The position numbers and the translations under genes were made by a program. DNA of 64,000 bases from an uncultured Actinomycetes bacterium (GTDB taxonomy: Bacteria; Actinomycetota; UBA4738; HRBIN12): positions 83,440 to 147,439 of the forward strand of contig CAVQKV010000007.1 of NCBI GenBank assembly GCA_963713185.1. Direction: 5' to 3'. Below, in pieces: positions 30,448 through 40,606 of the stretch; position 1 is the stretch's first letter, and each line of letters opens with the position of its first letter. Under the pieces are notes generated by a model. That model saw only the letters and a program-made list of their open reading frames with translations, was not told the origin of the DNA and did no database searches.

Positions 30448-33354
30448 GTGTCGCAGCAGGTGAGCGCGGTCGAGCGTCTCCTCAAGATCCAACCGGACGA
30501 GACGCGGCTCGTCGCGCCGATGGTCGCGCTGTCCTTCGTCGGCATGGCCGGCCTGGCCGTCGGTCAGAGCGGGGCGAACGCGCTCTTCTTCGATCGCGTC
30601 GGGACGGACGCGCTCCCCCTCATGTACCTGGTCCAGGGCGCGACGGCCTTCGCCTTCATGCTCGCCCTCGCCACGATCCTCGGTCGGGTCGAACGACGGC
30701 GCGCCTACCTCGCGATCCCGGCCGGGCTCGCGTCCGTCGTGCTCGCCGAACGGCTGGTGCTGCTCACCGACGCGCGGTGGATCTTCCCCGTCCTGTGGTT
30801 GACGGTCGCGCTCGCGATCTTGCTGCAGAACGTCTTCGTGTGGGGGACGGCCGGTGGCGTCACCGACACGCGCCGCGCCAAGCGGTTGTTCCCGCTGTTC
30901 GCGGCCGGCGAGATCCTCGGGTCGGTCGTCGGCGGCCTGCTCACGGACCCGCTCGTCCGGGCGATCGGGACGGAGAACCTCCTGCTGATCTGGGCGCTCG
31001 CCCTGGGCATCTCCTTCGTCCTGTGCCGGGTCGTGCTGGCCGCCGGCGCGAGCCCGCAGCCGCAGGGACGCCGGGTCCGGCGCTCGAACGCGTCGCCCGT
31101 CAAGGACCTGAGCGTCGCGTTCGGCTACGTCATCCGGTCGAGGCTGCTCGTGTGGATGACGCTGGCCGCCGTCCTGTTCTCGGTCCTGTTCTTCTCGCTA
31201 TACCTGCCCTGGGCCACGGCCGCCACCGAACGGTTCCCCGACGCGGGCGAGCTCGCGGGGTTCTTCGGGCTGTTCTGGGCGGCGATGACGGGGGCGGCGT
31301 TCCTCGTGTCGGTGCTCGTCACCAACCGGCTCTTCGGCCGGTTCGGCATCGCCACGATGATGCTGGTGCTCCCCCTGCTGTACGTCGGGTCGTTCGGGAT
31401 CTTGCTCGCCAGCTCCGGCTTCGTGACGCTCGTCGTCCTGCGGTTCGTCGACGGCGTCTGGCTGCAGGGGGTCGCCTCGCCGGCGTGGGAGACGCTCACG
31501 AACGTGATCCCCGATGCCAGGCGCGACCAGGTCCGGACGTTCCTGGGCGGCGGGCCGGCACAGGCCGGCACGGCGATCGCCGGCGTGATCGCCCTCGTCG
31601 GTCAGGAGGTGCTGTCGCCGCGTCAGTTCGCGGGGATCGGCCTGGCGACCGCCGCCATCGCCGCGTTCGTCACCTGGCGCGTGCGCGCCTCGTACGCGGC
31701 CGCGCTCGTCGACGCGCTCCGCGAGGGACGGCCGGAGGTCTTCCCCGACGTCGCGGTGGCCGGGGTTCCGTTCGCGTTCGAGCCCGACGCGCAGGCGCTG
31801 CACAGCCTCCTCGACGCCGCGGACGACGAGCAACCGTCGGTTCGACGGCTCGCCGTGCAGTTGCTGTCCGAGGCAGATGACGAACGTGCCATCGCCCGCC
31901 TCGAACGGGCCCTGCGCGACGATGATGCGACCGTTCGCGCCCTGGCCGTGGTGGCGCTCGCGTCCCGTCTGGGACCGGGCGGGCGGCTCGAGGTGGTCGG
32001 ACCTCTGATGGACGATCCCGATCCCTCCGTGGCCGCCTCGGCCGCCATCGCCGCCACCGGCGGACCGAACGGCGCCGTCGCCGCGCGCAGGCTGGCGGAG
32101 CTCGTTCGGGACCCCGACCCGGCCGTTCGAGGGACGGTGATCCGCCGCCTCGCCGATGCTCCCACCGACGTGGCCGCTCCGCTCGCGTCGCCCGCACTCG
32201 GCGACGAGGACCCGGGCGTCCGGGCCGCGGCGGTGGCGACCTTCGCCATCGTCGAACCGGGCGAGGCCCTCGGGCCGGCCATCCGCCTGTTCGAGGACCC
32301 GAGCCCGCGGGTGCGCGAGGCGGCCGCGCGGGCCGTCGCGAGGGTCGGCCAACGTTCGGTGGACGACGTGCTGGCGGCGCTCGATCGCCCCGCGGCCCGG
32401 GACGCCGCCCTGCAAGCCCTGTCCAGATTGGACGTGGCGGGGCGAGAGGCCGGCGTTCGACGGTTCGTGGAGCAGCGCGCCGCCGAGGCCTCGCGCGACG
32501 ACTGGCTCGCCGCTGCCGTCCCCTCCGACGGAGCCGCCGCGGGGCTCCTGAAGGACGCGCTCCGCGAGAGGGCGCGGGCGGGCGGGCGCTCGGCGCTGCG
32601 AGCCCTCTCGCTGATCTCGGCCGATGCGGGCGCGGTGCGTTCGGCGATCGAGAGCCTGGACGCGAACGACCCGGGTCAGGTCGCGAACGCCCTCGAGACC
32701 CTCGAGGCCACGACCGACGGGACGCTCGCGGGCCCGATCCTTGCCCTGTGGGAGCCGTCCGAGCGCGCGACCGGCGCGCCGGCGGACGGCGGGCCGGACG
32801 ATTGGCTGGAGCGGACCCTGGAGGACGATGATGCGTTCATCGCGGCGTGTGCGGCGGCCGTGCGGGCGGCGCGCGGAGGAGGAGAAGGAGACTCCATGGC
32901 TCGGACACGGACGTCGATGCCCGCGATCGAGCGCGTCCTGTTCCTGCGGCGCGTGCCGTTGTTCGATGAACTCGCACCCGCGGACCTGAACGCGATCGCC
33001 GAGGTGGCGCAGGAACGGTCCTTCGCGGACGGCGAGCTCCTCGCGTCCGAAGGAGAGCTGGGCGACGAGCTGCTCATCGTCGCGAGCGGCACGGTTCGGG
33101 TGGAGACCGAGGGTGCCGAGATCGCGCGGAGGGGCCGGGGCGAGGTCGTGGGCGAGATGTCCCTGATCACCCGCGAACCGCGGATCGCCTCGCTCGTGGC
33201 CGACGGGGAGGTCTACGCGATCCGCATCGGCCGCCGGGAGTTCGAGAGCATGATCCACGATCGCCCCGACATCGGGATCGGCGTGATGCGCGTGCTCGCG
33301 CACCGGCTCGCGGAGTCGCGACCCCCCGATCGCTCGCCCGACCGGATCGCCTGA
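30448..33354 (+). CDS. multidomain membrane protein: TLC/MFS-like transporter + HEAT (PBS-lyase-type) repeats + C-terminal cyclic-nucleotide-binding domain
   Basis: N-terminus ...VERLLKIQPDETRLVAPMVALSFVGMAG with about 12 hydrophobic segments. Repeated DPDPAVRGTVIRRLAD / DEDPGVRAAAVATFA HEAT-like units. C-terminus FLRRVPLFDELAPADLNAIAEVAQERSFADGELLASEGELGDELLIVASGTVRVE...GEMSLITREPRIASLVA (cNMP-binding). Confidence 0.8.
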   Translation: MSQQVSAVERLLKIQPDETRLVAPMVALSFVGMAGLAVGQSGANALFFDRVGTDALPLMYLVQGATAFAFMLALATILGRVERRRAYLAIPAGLASVVLAERLVLLTDARWIFPVLWLTVALAILLQNVFVWGTAGGVTDTRRAKRLFPLFAAGEILGSVVGGLLTDPLVRAIGTENLLLIWALALGISFVLCRVVLAAGASPQPQGRRVRRSNASPVKDLSVAFGYVIRSRLLVWMTLAAVLFSVLFFSLYLPWATAATERFPDAGELAGFFGLFWAAMTGAAFLVSVLVTNRLFGRFGIATMMLVLPLLYVGSFGILLASSGFVTLVVLRFVDGVWLQGVASPAWETLTNVIPDARRDQVRTFLGGGPAQAGTAIAGVIALVGQEVLSPRQFAGIGLATAAIAAFVTWRVRASYAAALVDALREGRPEVFPDVAVAGVPFAFEPDAQALHSLLDAADDEQPSVRRLAVQLLSEADDERAIARLERALRDDDATVRALAVVALASRLGPGGRLEVVGPLMDDPDPSVAASAAIAATGGPNGAVAARRLAELVRDPDPAVRGTVIRRLADAPTDVAAPLASPALGDEDPGVRAAAVATFAIVEPGEALGPAIRLFEDPSPRVREAAARAVARVGQRSVDDVLAALDRPAARDAALQALSRLDVAGREAGVRRFVEQRAAEASRDDWLAAAVPSDGAAAGLLKDALRERARAGGRSALRALSLISADAGAVRSAIESLDANDPGQVANALETLEATTDGTLAGPILALWEPSERATGAPADGGPDDWLERTLEDDDAFIAACAAAVRAARGGGEGDSMARTRTSMPAIERVLFLRRVPLFDELAPADLNAIAEVAQERSFADGELLASEGELGDELLIVASGTVRVETEGAEIARRGRGEVVGEMSLITREPRIASLVADGEVYAIRIGRREFESMIHDRPDIGIGVMRVLAHRLAESRPPDRSPDRIA

Positions 33355-33378
33355 ACCCGAGAGGCCCCGACCGGCGCG

Positions 33379-34335
33379 TCAGGTCACCGACGGGGGCGCG
33401 GGCGGCGGCGGCACCGGCGCGGCCGCGACCGACGCCGGTCGAGCCGCCGACGTCGAGCGAGCCGCGATCATGAGCGCACCCATCCCGGCGATCGATGCCA
33501 CCGTCCAGACGAGGCCGCCCGCGAAGGGGATCAGCGCGAGCCCTCGGAGGATCCCCCAGCCGAGGAGGAAGGCCGACATCCGCGAGCTCGGCGGCTTGAC
33601 CAACTGCCGGCCGAGGACGTGCGCGCCCGCCACGTAGCCGACCGTGTAGAGCAGGGCCAGCGCGAGCAGCAGGAACAGGCCGAGCGGGATCGCCACCACG
33701 ACGACGAGCAACAGCACGGCCACGATCGGGAGCAGGAAGAAGATCGCAGCGCCGAAACCGAACGACGCGCCGGTCCGGCGGCGGAAGGCCTCGTCGAGGC
33801 CACCGTCCAGGCCGGGCGCGAACAGCAGGAGCGCGAGCCCGAGGACGAGGGTGGATACCGAGTAGCCGATCCACCACGCCAGACGGCCGACGAACCCGAG
33901 CCCTTTCAAGTCGAACCGTCCGGAGACGCCCTTGACGTCTCCCCCGATGGTGGCGCCGTCTTCGATCTGGGCGCTCTGTCGACTCACGACATCGCCCGCG
34001 ACCTCGGCCCCGGAGCGGACGACGACGTGGCCGTTGAAGGCCACGACGTCATCGCCGACGGTCCCGGAGATGTCGACGTCCCCGTTGAAGACCACCACGC
34101 TCTCGGTCACGGTGCCTTCGATGTTGGCGTCGCCGTTGAAGATCAAGGCGGTCGCCACCGTCTCGTCTTGCGGCACGACCAGTTCGCCCGTCAGCACGAT
34201 CTGGTCGTCGGCGCCGGGCTGCGCACCCTCGTCCTGCGCGACCGCCGACGTCGCCAACACGGTGCCGGCGAACAGCAAGGTCAAGAGCGCGCCGAAGAGC
34301 ACCCTCCGGGTCGTCCGTGCACGGACCTGGCGCAT
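33379..34335 (-). CDS. membrane protein with N-terminal bactofilin-like beta-helix repeats and C-terminal transmembrane bundle
   Basis: Signal/transmembrane segment, then repeats [40 protein letters not shown]..., then 3-4 transmembrane helices and a Pro-rich tail. Confidence 0.5.
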   Translation of the reverse strand: MRQVRARTTRRVLFGALLTLLFAGTVLATSAVAQDEGAQPGADDQIVLTGELVVPQDETVATALIFNGDANIEGTVTESVVVFNGDVDISGTVGDDVVAFNGHVVVRSGAEVAGDVVSRQSAQIEDGATIGGDVKGVSGRFDLKGLGFVGRLAWWIGYSVSTLVLGLALLLFAPGLDGGLDEAFRRRTGASFGFGAAIFFLLPIVAVLLLVVVVAIPLGLFLLLALALLYTVGYVAGAHVLGRQLVKPPSSRMSAFLLGWGILRGLALIPFAGGLVWTVASIAGMGALMIAARSTSAARPASVAAAPVPPPPAPPSVT

Positions 34336-34603
34336 GTCGAAACCCCCGATCCCGTCGATCTGCCTCAGATGTCCCGTACCCAGTCCCGCGCGATCGCACC
34401 GACCGATCCAGGCACGCCGTGCCTCGGCTCGGGCTACTCGCGCACGTCCATCGGTCCCCGGCAGCAGGCGAAATGGTACCGTTGTCCCGAGGGCAACGAT
34501 CGCGGTTTTACAGCTACGAGCAGTTCCCTCACCCGGCTGCTACGGCCGGCGCCGTGAAGGGCAGCAACCAGGCCCGGACGGCGAAAGGAAGGAGGGATCG
34601 CAC

Positions 34604-34807
34604 GTGGCAATCGGAACCGTGAAGTGGTTCAGCCCCGAGAAGGGCTTCGGATTCATCACTCCGGACGACGGTACCGCCGACGTGTTCGTGCATTTCAGCG
34701 CGATCGCCGGTGAGGGTTTCCGCAACCTGGAGGAGAACCAGAAGGTGGAGTACGACGTGACCCAGGGCCAGAAGGGCCCGCAGGCCGCGAACGTCCGCGC
34801 CGTCTAG
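34604..34807 (+). CDS. cold-shock protein (CspA family)
   Basis: [34 protein letters not shown]...; AAGGAAGGAGGG ribosome-binding site; about 270-nt upstream untranslated region. Confidence 0.9.
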   Translation: MAIGTVKWFSPEKGFGFITPDDGTADVFVHFSAIAGEGFRNLEENQKVEYDVTQGQKGPQAANVRAV

Positions 34808-34824
34808 GTTCGTTCGAACGCGAC

Positions 34825-34860
34825 GAGGACCCGGCGCTTGCGTCGGGTCCTCTGCGTTTC
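34825..34860. terminator. stem-loop terminator between convergent csp and small basic-protein genes
   Basis: GAGGACCCGGCG-cttg-CGTCGGGTCCTC forms a 12-bp stem with a 4-nt loop, followed by TGCGTTTCC. Confidence 0.5.
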
Positions 34861-34896
34861 CCGGTGGGGACGTTCCGAGGGGACCTCAGATGGCGC

Positions 34897-35127
34897 TCAG
34901 GCCTCGACCTCACCCTTGGCCTCCGAGCCCTCGGTCTCGCCGTCGGCTTCCGGCTCGACCACGAGCCACTCGCTCTGTTCGGCGGGCCCGATCGGCGGGC
35001 CCGGCTCGATGAGGCCGGCCTCGCGATCCTTCTTCCGACTCGCGCGGGCGACCCGCCGCTCTTCGCGGGCGGCGTGCTTGCGCGCGGTCACGTCCCGGCG
35101 CTTCCGCTTGCCGACGCTATCGGGCAT
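34897..35127 (-). CDS. small hypothetical protein (76 aa; basic N-terminal half, acidic C-terminal half)
   Basis: MPDSVGKRKRRDVTARKHAAREERRVARASRKKDREAGL...EPEADGETEGSEAKGEVEA. AAGGAGG ribosome-binding site 5 nt upstream of the ATG. Confidence 0.5.
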   Translation of the reverse strand: MPDSVGKRKRRDVTARKHAAREERRVARASRKKDREAGLIEPGPPIGPAEQSEWLVVEPEADGETEGSEAKGEVEA

Positions 35128-35556
35128 CCGTTCCTCCTTGCGGCTGGGTCGCCGTCAGGAACCCTCGAGCGGCGGCCGCCGTGTCGGGGAGGTATGCACG
35201 AAGCACGTCGCCGACCGGTTGTACGTGGAGAGCACCGTTCCGCACCCGAGTGCGGCGCAACGCCGCCCCTTCTCCTCGCGCGCGACGGAACGCTTCCCGC
35301 GCTCGGGGGTTCCCAACAGGACGTCGCTGCTCCCTCGTGCCATCTCGCCTCCGTCATCCGGTGACCGTTTCGATCCGTCGGCGAGGGGCGAGTCGGTCCG
35401 CAGGCCAGGCCCGTTCGATTCGCTCGTCCAGGATCCCCGGGCGGCGCCCGAGACCCATAGCCTACTATCCGAGGCCGGGCGTGCGCCCGGACCGGTCCGC
35501 GCGTCCCGCCGGCCGCGCCGAACGCGAAGACCACCTCGTCGATCCACGGAGGGGAC

Positions 35557-37179
35557 GTGCAGGACCGCCCGAGGGTCTGGCTCCTCGTCCTGTTGCTGGC
35601 CCTGCCGCTCGCGGGGCTCGGCCTGCTCCTCGCCGTCCCTGACTTCGACATCGTGTGGGAGCACCATCCGTCGCACTTCCTGCTCGTGCTGGCCGTCGCG
35701 CTGATCAATGTCGCTCTAGCTCTGGTCGCGAGCGAGGCGGCGCATCGCCGGTCGGACGCGCGTCTGTTCCTGGTCTCGCTCGCGCTCATCACCAGCTCGG
35801 GGTTCCTCGCCTTGCACGCGCTCGCGACACCGGGGGTGCTGCTCGACCACCCGAACTCCGGGTTCGCGATCGCGACGCCGATCGGCCTGCTCCTCGCGTC
35901 GGTGTTCGCCGCGGCCTCGGCGCTCGAGCTCGGCCGGGCGCGGGCGACCGCGCTCCTTCGGCGGCGAACGCTGATGCGCGGAGCGCTCGCGCTGCTGCTG
36001 ATCGTCTGGGCGGTCGCGTCCCTCGCCGGGATCGATCTCCTCGACCGCCCGCTCGAGGAGGAGGCCCCGCTCGCGTTCCGTATCCTCGCCCCCGTCGGCA
36101 CCGCGCTGTACGCGTTCGCGGCGTGGCGGTACCTGCGTATCTACCGGCGCCGGCGACGAACGCTCCCGCTCTCGGTCGCCGTCGCCTTCGTCCTGCTCGC
36201 CGAGGCCCTGGTCGCCGTGGCGTTCGCGCGGAGCTGGCACGCCTCCTGGTGGGAGTGGCACGCGCTGATGGCCGTGGCCTTCGCCATCGTGACCCTGTCG
36301 GTCAGAAGCGAATACCGTCGCGAGGGCTCGGTGACGGCGGCGTTCGGCAGCCTCTACCTAGAGCAGACGCTCGAGCGCATCGACCGGCGTTCGTCCAACG
36401 CGATCGCGCAGCTCATGCCCTCGGTGCGGTCGCAGGAACCGCTGGCCCCGGTCCTCGAACGGCTCCGGCGCGAGGGGTTCGGCACCGAGGAGGTCGTGCT
36501 CCTCGAACGCGCGGCGCGGGAGATGGCCCGGGTCGACGAGCTGTTCCGCCCGTACGTCGGCCCGGCCCTCGCCGACCGGCTCGAGCAGGAACCGTCGCTC
36601 GCCGAGCTCGGCGGCCGCGAGGCGGAGGTGACGGTGCTGTTCGCCGACCTCGCGGGCTTCACCGGCTTCTCCGACGAACGGTCGCCGATGGAGGTCGTCC
36701 AGATGCTCAACTCGTACTGGGCGACCGCGGTCCCGATCGTGACCGAGCGCGAGGGCGGCCTGATCGAACGGTTCGCCGGCGACGCGATCCTGGTCGTGTT
36801 CAACGCGCTGGAGGATCAGCCCGACCACGCCCTCCGTGCCGTCCGCGCGGCGCGATCGATGCAGCTCGCCTTGTCCGAGGCTTCCGACGGGCACCCCGAA
36901 TGGCCCCGGTTCCGGATCGGCGTGAACTCGGGACCGGCCGCGCTCGGCAACGTCGGCACGGGCGCGCACCGGAGCTTCACTGCGATCGGCGACACCACCA
37001 ACGTCGCCGCCCGGCTCCAGGCGGCGGCGCGTCCGGGAGCGATCCTGATCGGCCGGGCCACGTACGAGGCCGTCCGAGACGAGATCGCGGCCGAGCCGTT
37101 CGGCGAGCTCGACCTGAAGGGCAAGCCGTCGCCGGTGCCCACGTACGAGGTCCGCGTGGACCGGACCGCGTCGGCCTAG
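35557..37179 (+). CDS. membrane-bound class III adenylate/guanylate cyclase (N-terminal 6-7 transmembrane segments)
   Basis: Multiple transmembrane helices, then ...EVTVLFADLAGFTGFSDERSPMEVVQMLN...FAGDAILVVFN...GVNSGPAALGNVG...GDTTNVAARL. Confidence 0.85.
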   Translation: MQDRPRVWLLVLLLALPLAGLGLLLAVPDFDIVWEHHPSHFLLVLAVALINVALALVASEAAHRRSDARLFLVSLALITSSGFLALHALATPGVLLDHPNSGFAIATPIGLLLASVFAAASALELGRARATALLRRRTLMRGALALLLIVWAVASLAGIDLLDRPLEEEAPLAFRILAPVGTALYAFAAWRYLRIYRRRRRTLPLSVAVAFVLLAEALVAVAFARSWHASWWEWHALMAVAFAIVTLSVRSEYRREGSVTAAFGSLYLEQTLERIDRRSSNAIAQLMPSVRSQEPLAPVLERLRREGFGTEEVVLLERAAREMARVDELFRPYVGPALADRLEQEPSLAELGGREAEVTVLFADLAGFTGFSDERSPMEVVQMLNSYWATAVPIVTEREGGLIERFAGDAILVVFNALEDQPDHALRAVRAARSMQLALSEASDGHPEWPRFRIGVNSGPAALGNVGTGAHRSFTAIGDTTNVAARLQAAARPGAILIGRATYEAVRDEIAAEPFGELDLKGKPSPVPTYEVRVDRTASA

Positions 37180-37212
37180 CCACCGAGCCGCGTTCACTGG
37201 GAGAATGACGCC

Positions 37213-37788
37213 GTGGCCGTTCCTTCGACGATGCTCCCGCTCGGGACCAAGGCTCCGTGGTTCGAGCTGCCCGACGTGACGACGGGCAGGATCGTGACCC
37301 TGGCCGACCACGCGGACAAGGCGGGCCTGCTCGTGATGTTCATCTGCCGGCACTGCCCGTACGTGAAGCATGTGCGCGCGGAGCTCGCGCGTGTCGGCCG
37401 CGACTTCGACGACTCGGAGCTCGCGATCGTGGCCATCAGCGCGAACGACCCCGCGGCCTATCCCGAAGACGCACCGGAAGGTCTCGCGGAGGAGGCGCGG
37501 GAAGCGGGTTACGTCTTCCCCTACCTGTTCGACCAGACGCAGGAGGTCGCGAAGGCGTACACGGCGGCCTGCACACCCGACTTCTTCCTGTTCGACGCGG
37601 ATCGCGCGCTCGTCTACCGCGGTCAGCTCGACGCCAGCCGCCCGAGCAACGGCCTGCCGGTCACCGGCGAGGACCTGCGCGCCGCGATCGACGCCGTCCT
37701 GTCGGGCTCCCCCGTCGCCAGGGAGCAACGCGCGAGCATCGGGTGCGGCATCAAGTGGCGCGCGGGCAACGAGCCCGCGTACGCCTAG
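37213..37788 (+). CDS. thioredoxin-fold protein (TlpA/peroxiredoxin-like thiol-disulfide oxidoreductase)
   Basis: LPLGTKAPWFELPDVTTGRIVTLADHADKAGLLVMFICRHCPYVKH.... CxxC motif. Confidence 0.8.
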   Translation: MAVPSTMLPLGTKAPWFELPDVTTGRIVTLADHADKAGLLVMFICRHCPYVKHVRAELARVGRDFDDSELAIVAISANDPAAYPEDAPEGLAEEAREAGYVFPYLFDQTQEVAKAYTAACTPDFFLFDADRALVYRGQLDASRPSNGLPVTGEDLRAAIDAVLSGSPVAREQRASIGCGIKWRAGNEPAYA

Positions 37789-38468
37789 GGCACCCCGACT
37801 CGGAGCGTCGCGAGCGACGGCCGGCCGGCCGGATCGGATGCGAGCCAGCGCTCGAGCGCCTGCCTGGCGACCGGCCACTCGTCGTCGAGCAGCGAGAACC
37901 AGGCGCTGTCGCGGCTCCGACCCCGGACGATCATGTGCTTGCGGAACACCCCCTCGAACGTGAAGCCGAGCCGGAGCGCTGCGGCGCGCGAGCGCTGGTT
38001 CAGCGCGTCGCACTTCCACTCGACCCGGCGGTAGCCGAGCTGGTCGAACGCCTCGCGCATCATCAGGTGGGCCGTCTCGGTGTTCGCCTCGGTCCGCTGG
38101 GCCGACGGGGCGTACCAGATGTGGCCGATCTCGATCCGCCGGTGCCCCGTCTCGATGTTGAGGAAGGCCGCCATCCCGACGGGGCCGGCCCGATGGGAGA
38201 CGACGGTCAGGAACAGCGGGTCGTCCGAACGCGCGCATCCGTCGAGCCACCCACCCATCGCCGCGCGGTCGACGAACGGCTCGTACATGTAGGTCCACAG
38301 GCGGGACGCCTCGGCGGTCCCGTCGTGCGACGCGTCCCATAGCGGGCCGACGTCGGCCGTCGGGTCGAGCGGACGGACGGTGACGTATCGCCCCTCGAGG
38401 GGGCGGCGCGCGGGCGGGCGCGCCGGGGTTGCGTCCACGGGTTCGCCGACCGGGAGTCCCTCGTCCAC
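37785..38468 (-). CDS. GNAT-family N-acetyltransferase (RimJ/RimL-like)
   Basis: ...RYVTVRPLDPTADVGPLWDAS...IGHIWYAPSAQRTEANTETAHLMMREAFDQLGYRRVEWKCDALNQRSRAAALRLGF.... GTG start; the upstream part of the ORF is not coding. Confidence 0.7.
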   Translation of the reverse strand: MDEGLPVGEPVDATPARPPARRPLEGRYVTVRPLDPTADVGPLWDASHDGTAEASRLWTYMYEPFVDRAAMGGWLDGCARSDDPLFLTVVSHRAGPVGMAAFLNIETGHRRIEIGHIWYAPSAQRTEANTETAHLMMREAFDQLGYRRVEWKCDALNQRSRAAALRLGFTFEGVFRKHMIVRGRSRDSAWFSLLDDEWPVARQALERWLASDPAGRPSLATLRVGVP

Positions 38469-38547
38469 GAACCGAAGTCTCGCACGCAACCTTGCGCGAA
38501 CATCGGCGATGCGAGGACGATGGAGCGACCTGGACGACAACCGCGCG

Positions 38548-39012
38548 ATGCTCGAGATCACCACGTACGAGTTCCTCAAGTTCCTCCACGTGCTCCTGGC
38601 GATCGTCGCCGTGGGGTTCAACGCCTCGTACGGGATCTGGCTGGCCCGCGCTGCCAAGGACCGGGACCACGAGGCCTTCACGCTCCGCGGGGTGAAGTTC
38701 CTCGACGACCGATTCGCGAACCCCGCATACGTCCTCCTGCTCGTGACGGGCCTGTCGATGGTGTGGGTGGGTGACCTCGACCTCACGCAGTTCTGGCTCG
38801 TGACGGCGCTCGTCCTGTACGCGGTGCTCGTCCTGCTCGGTCTGTTCGTCTACACGCCGACCCTCCGCAGGCAGATCACCGTGCTCGCCTCGGCCGGTCC
38901 GGACTCGGCGGAGTTCCGAGCGCTGTCGACCCGTGGGACGACGGTCGGCATCCTGCTGGCGGTCGATGTCGTCGCGATCGTCTTCCTCATGGTCACGAAG
39001 CCGACGCCCTGA
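38548..39012 (+). CDS. DUF2269-like integral membrane protein
   Basis: MLEITTYEFLKFLHVLLAIVAVGFNASYGIWLA.... Four transmembrane helices. An alternative start is at 38509. Confidence 0.55.
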   Translation: MLEITTYEFLKFLHVLLAIVAVGFNASYGIWLARAAKDRDHEAFTLRGVKFLDDRFANPAYVLLLVTGLSMVWVGDLDLTQFWLVTALVLYAVLVLLGLFVYTPTLRRQITVLASAGPDSAEFRALSTRGTTVGILLAVDVVAIVFLMVTKPTP

Positions 39013-39050
39013 TCGCGCTGGACGGAAACGCCCCGCCCGCGTCACCATCT

Positions 39051-40478
39051 GTGGCCATGGGGAACCACGATGCCGCCGTCGACTCCGTTCCTGCAGGGGC
39101 CCTCCAGGGGTTCCGCGACGGGTTCCGCGGTCGGCTGATCGGCCCTGCCGACGAGGGCTACGACGACGCGCGCGCGATCTGGAACGGGGCGATCGACCGT
39201 CGGCCGGGTCTGATCGCCCGCTGCGCGGATCCGTCGGACGTCGCGAGCGCGGTCCGCCTCGCGCGCGAACACGATCTGCGGACGTCGGTGCGGAGCGGCG
39301 GCCACGGCGTCGCCGGGCTCGCGCTCTGCGACGAAGGGCTCGTGATCGACCTTTCGGCCATGAAGGGGGTCCGGGTCGATCCGGACGACGGGACCGTCCG
39401 GGTGGCGGCGGGCGTCACCCTGGGCGAGATGGACGCCTCAACGCAGGCGGTCGGGCTCGCCGTTCCCGCGGGCGTCGTCACCCACACCGGCGTCGCCGGT
39501 CTCACGCTCGGCGGCGGCATCGGGTGGCTGACGCGCAAGCACGGTCTCTCGGTCGACAACCTCGTCGCCGCCGACGTCGTGACGGCCGACGGGGAGAGCC
39601 TGACGGCGAGCGAGGACGACCATCCCGACCTGCTGTGGGGGCTCCGCGGCGGCGGCGGCAACTTCGGCGTCGTCACCTCCTTCCGGTTCCGAGCCCACCC
39701 CGTGGGGCCGACGGTGCTGGCCGGCCCGATCGTGTTCCCGCTCGAACGGACGACGGAGGTCATGGACGCCTACCGGGCCTGGGCGGCGGACGCGCCCGAG
39801 GAGCTCACCACGATCGTGAACGTCCGCCGGGCGCCGGCGGCGCCGTGGATCCCCGAACCCCTGCACGGGGTCCCGGTCGTGTTGGTCGTGGCCTGCTGGT
39901 GCGGACCGATCGACGTCGGCAACCAGGTCGTCGCCCCGATCCGCGCGCTCGGGCCGGTCCTGGACCTGTGCGAACCCAAACCCTTCGTCGAGCACCAGAC
40001 CATGTTCGACCTGTCGGTGGTGCCGGGATGGCACTACTACTGGAAGTCGGTCGAGCTCGACGAGCTCTCGGATCCGGCGGTCGACGCGATCCGCGAGCAC
40101 ACCGAGCGCATCACGTCGCCGCGTTCATACACCGTCGTGTTCCAGCTCGGCGGCGCGATGTCGAGGATCGGTGAGATGGACACCGCGTACGGCGGGCGAG
40201 GGCCGGGCTTCGCCGTCAACGTCAACGGCGTGTGGCTGCCCGAGGAGGCGGAACGCGGTCCCGAGCAGGTCGCGTGGACCCGGTCGCTGTTCGAGACGCT
40301 CGAGCCGATGGCGCGCGGCGTGTACGTCAACTTCCTCGGCGACGAGGGGCAGGACCGGGTCAGGTCTGCGTACGGGGACGAGAAGTACCGGCGGCTGGCC
40401 GGCCTGAAGGCCAGCTACGACCCCACGAACCTGTTCCGCTCGAACCAGAACATCCGTCCGGCTGACCGGTCGGGATGA
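39051..40478 (+). CDS. FAD-binding oxidoreductase (PCMH-type, BBE/VAO-like), paralog of the gene at 12849-14219
   Basis: ...LIARCADPSDVASAVRLAREHDLRTSVRSGGHG...GGGIGWLTRKHGLSVDNL...YDPTNLFRSNQNI. Confidence 0.85.
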   Translation: MAMGNHDAAVDSVPAGALQGFRDGFRGRLIGPADEGYDDARAIWNGAIDRRPGLIARCADPSDVASAVRLAREHDLRTSVRSGGHGVAGLALCDEGLVIDLSAMKGVRVDPDDGTVRVAAGVTLGEMDASTQAVGLAVPAGVVTHTGVAGLTLGGGIGWLTRKHGLSVDNLVAADVVTADGESLTASEDDHPDLLWGLRGGGGNFGVVTSFRFRAHPVGPTVLAGPIVFPLERTTEVMDAYRAWAADAPEELTTIVNVRRAPAAPWIPEPLHGVPVVLVVACWCGPIDVGNQVVAPIRALGPVLDLCEPKPFVEHQTMFDLSVVPGWHYYWKSVELDELSDPAVDAIREHTERITSPRSYTVVFQLGGAMSRIGEMDTAYGGRGPGFAVNVNGVWLPEEAERGPEQVAWTRSLFETLEPMARGVYVNFLGDEGQDRVRSAYGDEKYRRLAGLKASYDPTNLFRSNQNIRPADRSG

Positions 40479-40606
40479 CGGGGCGGGTCCCACTCGCCCG
40501 AAACCATCCCGGACCTTCGGCCCTGCCGCGGCTCGTCTCGCGCCCCGAGGCTTGAGGCAGACAGACGTGGGTAGGTATCGGTTGCCACCGACCACGGGAG
40601 GTCATC

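Noticed and set aside
34809-34823. GGTTCGAAC-like motif suggestive of a tRNA T-arm
   Set aside because: No flanking acceptor, D or anticodon arm structure. It lies in the csp 3' region next to the terminator hairpin.
36358-39048. 896-aa minus-strand ORF
   Set aside because: Antisense shadow across the membrane cyclase, thioredoxin and DUF2269 genes. Only 37785-38468 is a real (GNAT) gene in a different frame.
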